From an uncultured Gammaproteobacteria bacterium (GTDB taxonomy: Bacteria > Patescibacteriota > Microgenomatia > Levybacterales > UBA12049), in assembly GCA_964483115.1 (NCBI GenBank), contig CAYZZF010000003.1, positions 2,772-66,771 of the forward strand: a stretch of 64,000 bases of DNA. Direction: 5' to 3'. The translations under genes and the position numbers were made by a program. The notes under the pieces were generated by a model that had not been told where the DNA came from, made no database searches, and saw only the letters and a list, made by a program, of their open reading frames with translations. Position 1 is the stretch's first letter; every line of letters begins with the position of its first letter. Below, piece after piece: positions 49,008-58,257 of the stretch.

Positions 49008-50444
49008 ATGCAAAACTTGGGCCTTATCCCTGTTGTTTTCCAAAAAAATAAATCAGGAAAATTTAAAAGAAATTATGAATTAGAATATAAAGATTGCCTT
49101 AACTATATAGATTCTTATTGGAAGAAAATTATTTATAAACCTGTAAGAAAAAAAATAAACCACAATTTTCTGACTATTCCTTATAATTTTGTTACGCCCA
49201 ATGATAAAAAATTTTCCTATATATTTTACTGGGACACTTTTTTTATATTTCGAGGTCTTATGGGCACTAAAAGAGAATGGATTATAAAAGATATGGTAGA
49301 AAACTTTGCTTATATTTTCCAAAAATATGGTATAATTCCGAATTTTAATTCCCAAGCTTCAATTGGTAGATCTCAGCCGCCTTTTCTATCCTCAATGATT
49401 CTTGACGCTTACAGAACCTTTAATAACGGTAACGGCACTTTGCCTAAAATGACTTTCGTAAAAAAGTTTCTACTTAATCCTATAGAAACTTTCGGACACA
49501 TAAATTGGTTAAGAGAGAAGACTGAAATCGCAAGAAAAGAATATGACCACGTTTGGAATAATTCCGCTTTATATAATCATTTTGTAAAAAAATATGCTCT
49601 AAACAGATACGGAGATAGAGATATTGGCTATGCTCAGTCTTCAGAACTTGAGTCGGGATGGGACTTTACTTCAAGATTCTACAGCAGATGTAATGAGTTT
49701 TTGCCGATTGACCTTAACTGCTATCTTTATAAATATGAAAAAGATTTTGAGATAGTAGCATCGCTTTTGGGTAAAAGGGATGAGGCGGATTATTGGGTAA
49801 ACGTCTTAAGAAAACGAAAAAATGCGATAAATAGACTTATGTGGAACGAAGAAAAAGGCTTTTTCTTTGATTATGGATATGCTAAAAAGAGTCAAAGTAA
49901 ATTTTATTCATTGGCTGGGTTTACGCCTCTTTGGGTAGGAATAGCATCGTATGATCAGGCAAAAAAAATGCTTGATAACCTGAAATATTTTGAAGGTGAA
50001 TATGGTCTTTTTGTAACTTCCAAAAAGTCTTCACCTCCTAAGATTAATATGAAAAGAATTCCCGTCAGACTAAGATACACAATTGAAGAAGTTATAAAAC
50101 CAAAGCAATGGGACTATCCAAACATTTGGCCTCCTTTAGAATATCTTACGGTTATTGGGCTTTTAAACTATGGGTTTATAGAAGATGCAAAACGTATTAT
50201 GCAAAAATCTCTCAAGGCGCATGCGCAGATTTTTCGAAAATATAAAACATTTTTTGAAAGAATAGATGGGATAAAATGCGAGAAACCACAAGATTCAGAA
50301 TATCCAGTTCAGGAAGGCTTTGGCTGGACAAACGCTATTTTTTATCGCTTCGTCAAAATTCTTCAGGCGCTTGAGGATGGAGTAGATATCTACAGTTTTC
50401 CCAAAAATGAAATTCCCCCCCATGATCTTGCAATACTATATTGA
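49008..50444 (+). CDS. Trehalase (GH37 family)
   Basis: Trehalase signature 2 QWDYPNIWPP. The ESGWDFTSRF and YIFYWDTFF blocks. Confidence 0.65.
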   Translation: MQNLGLIPVVFQKNKSGKFKRNYELEYKDCLNYIDSYWKKIIYKPVRKKINHNFLTIPYNFVTPNDKKFSYIFYWDTFFIFRGLMGTKREWIIKDMVENFAYIFQKYGIIPNFNSQASIGRSQPPFLSSMILDAYRTFNNGNGTLPKMTFVKKFLLNPIETFGHINWLREKTEIARKEYDHVWNNSALYNHFVKKYALNRYGDRDIGYAQSSELESGWDFTSRFYSRCNEFLPIDLNCYLYKYEKDFEIVASLLGKRDEADYWVNVLRKRKNAINRLMWNEEKGFFFDYGYAKKSQSKFYSLAGFTPLWVGIASYDQAKKMLDNLKYFEGEYGLFVTSKKSSPPKINMKRIPVRLRYTIEEVIKPKQWDYPNIWPPLEYLTVIGLLNYGFIEDAKRIMQKSLKAHAQIFRKYKTFFERIDGIKCEKPQDSEYPVQEGFGWTNAIFYRFVKILQALEDGVDIYSFPKNEIPPHDLAILY

Positions 50445-50476
50445 CAAATTATATCTATATTTATTAATATGATTTT

Positions 50477-51100
50477 ATGAGAGAACAAAAAAGTGATTTG
50501 CTAAAATCTAGGGTATCTCGCAGGACCTTTTTGCGTGGCGCTGTCATAGCAGGAGGAGCAGCAGTCGCAACGGGAACAGCTATCATTGCGGTAGGCGAAG
50601 GGAATGGTTTAAGAATTCTCCGTGCAATAGAAGAAAGTTTTGCAGGTCCGAGAAATACAGCTTACGGAAAATATCTAACTCGTCAGGAGGATGGAACATT
50701 TACGATAACTCAAACTCCTCAAGTTGAAAGGGTAAGCTATGTGCCTCTTTTTGATCCAAACATTGAGTACGGGAACGAGAGAAAAATCCTTATTCACCGC
50801 GATCCTTGGATTGGCAGCGCAGGTAATCCAGGAAAATATGTTTTGCCAAATGAAATAAAAACACCGTATGCAGTAAGAATTGCTGGCGGCACATATATTT
50901 CATCAACAGGTGCAGGAGAAGTTAAGATCCGCTATGAAGGGAAGGATCGAATCATAGGTGAGTGGTTTGCGCCCTCCAATGAGCAAGGAACTCCACTTAA
51001 TTTAAATGGTGAACCATTACAAGAAGGTGAAAAACCATACTATATTGCAGCAAACTTTGTTACTGTTGAAAAATCCATGTATCCATCTACACAAAAATAA
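50477..51100 (+). CDS. Hypothetical secreted protein with a Tat-type signal peptide
   Basis: SRRTFLRGAVIAGGAAVATGTA has a twin-arginine motif plus a hydrophobic region with an AxA site. GC content is noticeably above the window average. Confidence 0.45.
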   Translation: MREQKSDLLKSRVSRRTFLRGAVIAGGAAVATGTAIIAVGEGNGLRILRAIEESFAGPRNTAYGKYLTRQEDGTFTITQTPQVERVSYVPLFDPNIEYGNERKILIHRDPWIGSAGNPGKYVLPNEIKTPYAVRIAGGTYISSTGAGEVKIRYEGKDRIIGEWFAPSNEQGTPLNLNGEPLQEGEKPYYIAANFVTVEKSMYPSTQK

Positions 51101-51325
51101 ATTCCCTAAGTCAGGATATAATGGTCCCCATCCTTCCTCTATACCTTGAAAATGTCCTGCATTTTAACAAATCATTTATAGGATTCACGAAGGACTTGTC
51201 ACAAGTAGTGCAAGTATTCATAGAATTATAGCCGGATTTTTGTCTTATAAATTAAAAGCCAGAAAACCAATTATATGCTTGGGGTACTTTAATGGTAGCC
51301 TCGTAGAGCAGTTTTAAAAAATTTT

Positions 51326-52327
51326 TTAAGATTTTTCTTTAGGTCTTACTAAATTTCGGCCTTTTAAATTTGCAAATGCAAGTCCCCGAATAACCCTATC
51401 AATTTCAACATAAGGAAAGAAATACTCTATTGGATGATCAATTTTTCTTCTATAAGAAGGTTCTCGTAGAGCGTTTATGAACGCATAAGTCATAAAAGGC
51501 AATATACTAGCCCATGCAATATTATATTCATTAAGTCCGCCAATAACCAACCATAGAGGTGGCACCGAGCCATGAATAACAGACAAAGTCAGGTCGGATA
51601 TAAAATGGGGATTTTTTTCAGAAGTTAATTTTTCTCTGATTATTATTTCAGAAAATGCAGCCCTTAAACAGCTGTTAACCCTTTTAATAAATCTTCTATC
51701 AAGAGGTTTTTGGCTCCTTTGTCTTACAAGGCCGTCCAAAATTTCTTGTCCCGCAATTTCGATTCGCCAGCCTTCAGGAATTGGTTTTACCAAAGCTTCC
51801 GGGCTTCTTTCATCTTCTAATTTTTCTCCCCAAAATAATCCTTTTCGTCCTGTAACTGAGCCATCAGAATTGACACCTGTAATTGAATACCTCCTATCGA
51901 TAGGCAAATCAGTCATTATAATTTTCCCTTCAATCCCTGCAACTTTTATTAATCTTTCTGCATTATTCCTATTTAACTGCATCTGTGCAGCAAATGGTCC
52001 GCCATAAAGATTTACAAATTTCTGTTGCGACGGCTCTGGTTCATCCAAAAAAGGCACCCGGCCATTTTGCCCAAGTTTCCGGTCTTGACCTTTTGATCTC
52101 CTGTTAAAAATCGTAAATTCTTTCATTGACACTGCTTCTTGAGTTGACTCTTGTCTTAAACCAGCAGAAAATTCCTTATCAGTCATCCTTTTCTCAGGAG
52201 CTCCAAATGACCTAAAAGCAGAATACCCTGATTCTTCTAAAGAGAAAGTTCTATGATTTGTTTCCTTGTTCATTTTGCCTCCAATTATAACACAATATTT
52301 TGAAAAATTAAAAACAATAAATCCCAT
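51326..52327 (-). CDS. Hypothetical protein
   Basis: 333-aa ORF with no recognisable motifs. Confidence 0.3.
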   Translation of the reverse strand: MGFIVFNFSKYCVIIGGKMNKETNHRTFSLEESGYSAFRSFGAPEKRMTDKEFSAGLRQESTQEAVSMKEFTIFNRRSKGQDRKLGQNGRVPFLDEPEPSQQKFVNLYGGPFAAQMQLNRNNAERLIKVAGIEGKIIMTDLPIDRRYSITGVNSDGSVTGRKGLFWGEKLEDERSPEALVKPIPEGWRIEIAGQEILDGLVRQRSQKPLDRRFIKRVNSCLRAAFSEIIIREKLTSEKNPHFISDLTLSVIHGSVPPLWLVIGGLNEYNIAWASILPFMTYAFINALREPSYRRKIDHPIEYFFPYVEIDRVIRGLAFANLKGRNLVRPKEKS

Positions 52328-53068
52328 AGTAGGGGATTGAGTAAAATAAAAATTAAAAGAGAAAATATAAAAAAGAGAATAGATAATTTAGAATAATAAA
52401 ATAAAAATATTTTATTTTTTATATTTTATTTTATATTTTAAGTACTTCTCCGAGAAGTCCTACCTGAGTGGTGTCGTAAAAGTATTATTGTACGACATAA
52501 TCATTCACGCTTCCCGTGCTCTAGGATATCAGAAATTTTTCCTAAAGCATACTTGGGGAGAAATAGGATAAAGAAATCTATCAAGAGGTTAATTCTTTAC
52601 TTTCCTCTATAAAAATTGTAATTAAATTTAACTTAATAAATCTAATAATTCTTTCTCTTTTCCGCGACTGTCAACTAGTATTCAATTTAGATTGAAAAAG
52701 CAATCTAAATGTTAATTTTTAGCCTCAGAAATTATAAAAAAATTATGTAAGAAATCTTACAAAGAGAAACGTTAGGAGGAGCCCGTTCGTATTTTGTTAT
52801 AAGTTTTTTATCCTTCTGATATGGGATTGATATATAATAGATATGGCAAAACGGGAAAGTCTGTGAAAATTGAGCCAATAAATTGTGAAAATTAAATATA
52901 AGTTCATAAAGTTATAAAAGTTATCCACATCCGCCAGCTTGACTAATATCCTATAATATTTTTTAATTAGTATATCAAACTATATCACTTGTTCGTCTCT
53001 AAAATTATTTGAATATCCCATGACAATTACACTCTCCCCTTTCCCCTTTTCCGTCTTATCTATTTTTT

Positions 53069-53896
53069 TTATCCTGTCCACGAGGTAAATAAAATTAACG
53101 AAATAAGTACAATGCTACCTACCCAAATATATTCCCACATTATACTTTTAAAGAGCCTCTTCTCAAGCCAAGTCTGACAGAGCCCAACTATAATATAAAA
53201 TACCCCTGTTAGAAAAATAGCAAGAATAGTTGGGGTACTTGGCCAAAACCATAAAATAGCCGCAACCTCAAGAAGGCATAATGATAAACCCGACACCCAA
53301 TCGATCTTTGAAAATATTTTTTTCTCAAGTGTGTATGTCCAAATTGCATAAAGAACAAGAGGAAAAGAAAAAACAAAAAATAAAACCAGAAACAAAAATA
53401 TATTAAGGTGTAATGAGAAAAGGACGTTTAAGAGAAAAAAGTATGATAAAAGTGTAATCACAAATGAGACAGTTCTAGCAGAGGACAAAAGTGCGATTGT
53501 GCGAATTGAAGAAACTGTAAAAATATTCTCACTTAAAAAGAGTGAATAAAGACCTATAGCATATAAAGAAGTCGTAATAATTCTTGTAATAAGTCGGGCT
53601 GGAACCAAGAAATAAAATAATCCGAAAGATAAACTTGAAAAAAAGGGTAAAATAAAAACCTGGTAGTAAAAATTTTCTTCAAGATCTTTGTATAAAGCCA
53701 AAAACAAAAATATATCAGTTAAAATTGCAAGCGTAAAAGCAATGTAGATTCCGGTTTTTCCCAATAAATATTGCGAGGTGAATAAACCGACAGATAAAAT
53801 TACAACACCTATTATAAAACGCTGTCTTTTTGTCAAAGAGGATAGTATTGTTAAAAATTTTTTCCTTTGTAATCGTGATTTTCTTTTTAAACTCAT
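53069..53896 (-). CDS. Polytopic integral membrane protein (unknown function)
   Basis: About 8 hydrophobic helices. Very Leu/Phe-rich. Confidence 0.4.
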   Translation of the reverse strand: MSLKRKSRLQRKKFLTILSSLTKRQRFIIGVVILSVGLFTSQYLLGKTGIYIAFTLAILTDIFLFLALYKDLEENFYYQVFILPFFSSLSFGLFYFLVPARLITRIITTSLYAIGLYSLFLSENIFTVSSIRTIALLSSARTVSFVITLLSYFFLLNVLFSLHLNIFLFLVLFFVFSFPLVLYAIWTYTLEKKIFSKIDWVSGLSLCLLEVAAILWFWPSTPTILAIFLTGVFYIIVGLCQTWLEKRLFKSIMWEYIWVGSIVLISLILFTSWTG

Positions 53897-53929
53897 AAAA
53901 TCTACTTATATTGTATAAATTTCTTATAC

Positions 53930-54682
53930 CTATTTTAGAGAATCCAATAGATTATCCTGTATATCAAAATTCGCATAGACACGGATAACATCATCTAGTT
54001 CGTCTAGTTTATCGATCAGGGCAAGTACTTTCTTTGCAGTCTCAGAATCTTCCACTTTAACTATTGTCATTGGAGTTTTATAAAGCTCTGCGCTTTGAAT
54101 TTTTAAACCTTTTTCTATTAAAAAATTTTTAACTTTATATAATTCGTCAGGTTTTGTATAAACTTCTACCAATCCATCTGATTCTTTAACATCTTCAGCC
54201 CCGCTATCAACGCTTGTTTCGAAAACTTCATCAAAGCTTTTGCCGTCTTTGGCAACAACTATCAAACCCTTGTCTTCAAACATCCAAGATACAGACCCAA
54301 CAGCTGTAAAAGTCCCTCCATTTCTTTCAATTATACCTTTTACTTCAGAAGTTGTACGGTTCCTGCTGTCAGTTATTGCTCGAACAATTATCGCAACACC
54401 CCCGGGAGCAAATCCTTCATAAGTCACTTCCTCTAACTCTCCCACCTCTTTTCTGACTGCCCGCTGAATTGCTCGCTGGATGTTTTCTTTTGGCATATTC
54501 GCCGCTTTTGCAGCGTCAACTGCAAGCCGCAGTCTAAAATTCTGATTTACCTCCCCTATTCCCCCACTCTGCCTTACTGCAATAGCTATAGCATTGGCAA
54601 GTTTTGTAAAAACAACACCTCTTTTAATATCTGCTTTTTCTTTTTGTCTTTTAATTTGTGCCCATTTAGAATGTCCAGACAT
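53930..54682 (-). CDS. YebC/PmpR-family DNA-binding regulatory protein
   Basis: MSGHSKWAQIKRQKEKADIKRGVVFTKL...RLAVDAAKAANMPKENIQRAI is the canonical YebC N-terminus. Confidence 0.85.
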   Translation of the reverse strand: MSGHSKWAQIKRQKEKADIKRGVVFTKLANAIAIAVRQSGGIGEVNQNFRLRLAVDAAKAANMPKENIQRAIQRAVRKEVGELEEVTYEGFAPGGVAIIVRAITDSRNRTTSEVKGIIERNGGTFTAVGSVSWMFEDKGLIVVAKDGKSFDEVFETSVDSGAEDVKESDGLVEVYTKPDELYKVKNFLIEKGLKIQSAELYKTPMTIVKVEDSETAKKVLALIDKLDELDDVIRVYANFDIQDNLLDSLK

Positions 54683-54794
54683 ATTAAACTCGTTAACCAG
54701 TTAACGCGCTAACGTGTTAACAATTATACGTTTCTATCTTGACTTTTGCAATAAATTGGAGTAGAATTTTTGAAAATTTTAAAAACAATTTTTA

Positions 54795-55517
54795 ATGACA
54801 TCGCTTAAAGACCAAGCTATTTACACTGCACTCAACGGAGAATGGGGAAAGGCAATATCCTTAAATAAATCCCTCATTAAAGAAAACCCCGAAGATGTCA
54901 ACGCTCTTAACCGCCTGGCATTTGCTTTAAGCATTCTGGGTAAGACAAAAGATGCAAAATCTACATATCAAAAAGTTTTAAAAATAGATTCCCTTAACCC
55001 ACTTGCTCTAAGAAACTTAAAGCAAATCTCAAAGGGTAAAAAATTTAAAAATAGCGTAAGAAGGGATGCAGTATGTACTCAGGTTAACAATACTTTTCTT
55101 GAAGAGTCAGGAAAAACTAAAGTTGTAGGGCTCGTAAATATTGCTCAACCGCAGATTATCAATAGCCTTTGTGCCGGCCAATTACTTACCCTCTCTGTAA
55201 AAAGACTGAAGATATTTTTACTAACAGAGCAAACCCAATATATAGGGATGCTACCTGATAATATCGGTAAAAGGCTCATTAAGTTTTTAAAAGCTGGGAA
55301 TGAATACCAAGCTTTTGTAAAATCAGCCTCTGATCGCCATCTTAGTGTTTTTATAAAAGAGGTGAAGAGGATATCTCGATTCAAAGACCAGCCCTCGTTT
55401 GTATTGGGAGAGACCAAGGGACTTAGACTTGACAAAAAAATAAACTATCGGTATGCAAACAGCGGCAAACGCGAAGAAGATAATTATGACGGGGATGATG
55501 AAGATGAAGAAGACTGA
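54795..55517 (+). CDS. TPR-like repeat protein with an acidic C-terminal tail
   Basis: N-terminal TPR-like helices (EWGKAISLNKSLIKENPEDVNALNRLAFAL...). C-terminus DNYDGDDEDEED. Confidence 0.35.
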   Translation: MTSLKDQAIYTALNGEWGKAISLNKSLIKENPEDVNALNRLAFALSILGKTKDAKSTYQKVLKIDSLNPLALRNLKQISKGKKFKNSVRRDAVCTQVNNTFLEESGKTKVVGLVNIAQPQIINSLCAGQLLTLSVKRLKIFLLTEQTQYIGMLPDNIGKRLIKFLKAGNEYQAFVKSASDRHLSVFIKEVKRISRFKDQPSFVLGETKGLRLDKKINYRYANSGKREEDNYDGDDEDEED

Positions 55518-55662
55518 TCTTTTTGATAAAGCACTCTTCCCTTCAAAAGTTCTTTTGATGCCTTTTTAATTTCGGATTTATTGTTAAGATTTCTTAAAGA
55601 CAATAAAGATAATATAACTGATAATACTGCTATAATAATTATCGCCGCTATAAACATAACAT

Positions 55663-56475
55663 TTAATACCTGATACTTGTACCGTCTTCCCCAATTATAA
55701 TTATAACATCTCCTATAGATTTAGTTGTACCTTTTATTGTAGGAAATCCTAAAATTTCGGTCAGTCTTTCAAGAGTGTATGTTCTTTTATTTGAGTAATA
55801 AATCACGGATTTGCGCTTTGGATCTAGCGCTGTTGAAACAAGAACCACATTTCCTCCCATATTGGTGATAAGTCTTGCTATTCTATTCCCCAACCCGTAG
55901 ATATTGGTAGTATTAACTATCTGAACTCTTACATTTTCACCCAATATTGTGTCATCTGAAAAAAGAGAAGATGAAATTTTATCTCGGGCTACTTCATCCT
56001 CATTGACTGATAACCTCGTTTCATAAATATTAGAAGGCAACACATTTTTTGTAAACAATAAAAGTCTTAGAAGATCTACAATAGTAAGGTCTCCTCGGGT
56101 GTTTCTTGAACTAAAAAAAAGACTTGAAAGCAAAGATGACACGCCACTTTTAGTCGAGGCGAAAGAGTTCGAGACGACCTGTGCATCGATAGGGACTTCC
56201 AAAAGTCTATAAATATTTAAATTATTTGTCTCTCCCTCTAAGTTGAGTATTGATATTGAGCGAGAACTTGGTGAAAAAGATATAACTTGAACATCTTTTG
56301 AGGCAGCCGTTTTATTAAAAACCGCTATCGTAAAACGGTGATAATTATCAAAATGACTCTGGGCAATCACATTTATCAATTTAAAAATTAAGGACGAAAA
56401 AATTATAAAAAAAAATAAAACAAAAAAAATAACCGCAAGTTTTGTGTTGCTTGACTTGCCTTTTTTCCTTCTCAT
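55663..56475 (-). CDS. LytR/CpsA/Psr (LCP)-family-like cell-envelope protein with a LytR_C domain
   Basis: N-terminal TM helix. C-terminal VRVQIVNTTNIYGLGNRIARLITNMGGNVV...VIIIIGEDG matches the LytR C-terminal domain pattern. Confidence 0.4.
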   Translation of the reverse strand: MRRKKGKSSNTKLAVIFFVLFFFIIFSSLIFKLINVIAQSHFDNYHRFTIAVFNKTAASKDVQVISFSPSSRSISILNLEGETNNLNIYRLLEVPIDAQVVSNSFASTKSGVSSLLSSLFFSSRNTRGDLTIVDLLRLLLFTKNVLPSNIYETRLSVNEDEVARDKISSSLFSDDTILGENVRVQIVNTTNIYGLGNRIARLITNMGGNVVLVSTALDPKRKSVIYYSNKRTYTLERLTEILGFPTIKGTTKSIGDVIIIIGEDGTSIRY

Positions 56476-56481
56476 ATTAAG

Positions 56482-56631
56482 TTATTCGTGCTTTTTCTTT
56501 TTTGGAATAATCTTAGGTAGAACAAGAGCTGAAGAAAAGACAGAATTGCCTTGAGGACTTGAAATATTTTTAGATACGACTTTTTTCTTCTTTTTCTTTT
56601 CTCCTTTATAATATCCGCCATAGCTCCCCAT
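56482..56631 (-). CDS. Small basic protein (49 aa), hypothetical
   Basis: MGSYGGYYKGEKKKKKKVV... is preceded by a strong SD (GGAAGGGGTGA, 6-nt spacer). Trimmed from the listed ORF 56482..56691. Confidence 0.3.
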   Translation of the reverse strand: MGSYGGYYKGEKKKKKKVVSKNISSPQGNSVFSSALVLPKIIPKKKKHE

Positions 56632-56762
56632 AATATTCACCCCTTCCAATAAACTAGAATAATAAAAATATAGTATAGTAATTAGATACAAAAATCAAAC
56701 ATTCTATAAGTTATCAGATTAATTTTCCATACCATCTCGGGAATTATTCAAATATTTCAATC

Positions 56763-57548
56763 TTAATATTTCAACCTTAAAAGAAAATCACTAAGGTCTT
56801 TTGGGAGAGAAGATTTGATCTGTAAAGTTTTATTATTAACTGGATGGACAAAAGAGATTTCTGAGGCGTGGAGGAAAAGACGGGACAAAAGTTTTCTGTC
56901 CTTCCTTGCGACTTTTCGACCCGCATAAAGATTATCTGCAAAAACAGGATGGCCAAAATATTTAAGATGTACTCTTATCTGATGAGTTCTTCCCGTCTGC
57001 GGATATAGTTCGATCAAACTCAAAGCCTCTTTTTCCTCTCCTGATACATAATATTTAATATTTAATATTTTATACATTGTCGTCGCTTCTCTACCACCTG
57101 CAACAATCCCAAATCTCTTTCTATTCCAAGGTGTTCTTCCAACCGGCACATCTATTTCTCCTTTAGAAGGCGTAACTTTTCCATGAACCAAAGCGATATA
57201 AGTCTTTTTAACCTTCCTCTCTTTGAATTGTTTTTGAAGATTCAAAAAACAATCGAGGGTTTTGCCAATAAGAAGAACTCCCGAAGTCTCCTTATCAAGT
57301 CTATGAACAATCCCAGCCCTGCTGGTAAATTCTAAATCTAAAGCACCAAATTCCAATTTTTTTTTATCATTTGAATTTTGTAATTTATTTGTGATTTGTG
57401 ATTTGTGATTTGTGATTTCAAGATACTCTTCTACCCAGTCCTGTACTGTTTCCTCCTCTTTCGTGGTTTCCGAACGATTTACCGTAACCCCAGACGGTTT
57501 ATCTATAACCAAAAGGCATTCGTCCTCATATATTATTTTCATATCCAT
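56763..57548 (-). CDS. RluA-family pseudouridine synthase (RluD-like, no S4 domain) with an in-frame repeat-derived insertion
   Basis: Catalytic GIVHRLDKETSGVLL and HQIRVHL. A 30-aa insertion (EITNHKSQITNKLQNSNDKKKLEFGALDLEF) is encoded by the heptamer-repeat element at 57331-57418. Confidence 0.7.
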   Translation of the reverse strand: MDMKIIYEDECLLVIDKPSGVTVNRSETTKEEETVQDWVEEYLEITNHKSQITNKLQNSNDKKKLEFGALDLEFTSRAGIVHRLDKETSGVLLIGKTLDCFLNLQKQFKERKVKKTYIALVHGKVTPSKGEIDVPVGRTPWNRKRFGIVAGGREATTMYKILNIKYYVSGEEKEALSLIELYPQTGRTHQIRVHLKYFGHPVFADNLYAGRKVARKDRKLLSRLFLHASEISFVHPVNNKTLQIKSSLPKDLSDFLLRLKY

Positions 57549-58252
57549 AACTTGGGGCGGGACTTAATAATCCTAATAAGTTTTTCATGCTTTACAAGAA
57601 GAACAAGCGGAATTAAAAACATACCTAAAAATATAAGATTTTCAGGGTCTTTTAAAAATAAAAATCCTTTAAACTTATCTATGATACTAAAAATAATTGA
57701 TATCAAGGAAAGGGAGATCAGAAATAGAAGTCCAACTGTGCCATCCTTAAGTTTTCCTTTCTGAATAAGACCAAAAAGAAATTTAAAAAAAATGAAGAAT
57801 AATATAATATAAATAAAAATTAAGGCAATCGGAGAAGGCCTTAAAAGCTTTTCGCCAGATAACCAAAAGTAACCCAGTGTCCCTATTGGCAATGCGGCCA
57901 AAAATGAAATAGAGAAAAAGTCAAATATTCTACCCACTGGAATATTTTTAGTCTTTGAATAAATCAGCATAAATACGCTCGCGCCAAGTACTCCACCTCC
58001 AAGAGACAATCCTGGAAAATAAGGAAAAAGTATAAATACAAAAGGATTTTTGAGGATAGAAAGGTTGTAAAAAATTACATAGAAAAACCGTGCAAAGAAA
58101 ATACCAACTATGAAATCTATAAAACTTAGGTTGAATATTTTTTCTATCATTATATCTTTTTGCAAAAATACAAGGTCATCACGGGACAAAAAGTAAATAC
58201 AAAAAAGAAATATAAATAAACCCACCAAAAGAATGAGAATAAAAAAGTTCAT
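57539..58252 (-). CDS. lgt: Prolipoprotein diacylglyceryl transferase-like membrane protein
   Basis: ARFFYVIFYN...GLSLGGGVLGASVFML and PVGRIFDFF...LPIGTLGYFW align with Lgt blocks (GRLGYVLFYN...GGMSFHGGLLG; GRLGNF). Confidence 0.45.
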   Translation of the reverse strand: MNFFILILLVGLFIFLFCIYFLSRDDLVFLQKDIMIEKIFNLSFIDFIVGIFFARFFYVIFYNLSILKNPFVFILFPYFPGLSLGGGVLGASVFMLIYSKTKNIPVGRIFDFFSISFLAALPIGTLGYFWLSGEKLLRPSPIALIFIYIILFFIFFKFLFGLIQKGKLKDGTVGLLFLISLSLISIIFSIIDKFKGFLFLKDPENLIFLGMFLIPLVLLVKHEKLIRIIKSRPKLWI

Positions 58253-58257
58253 AAGGT

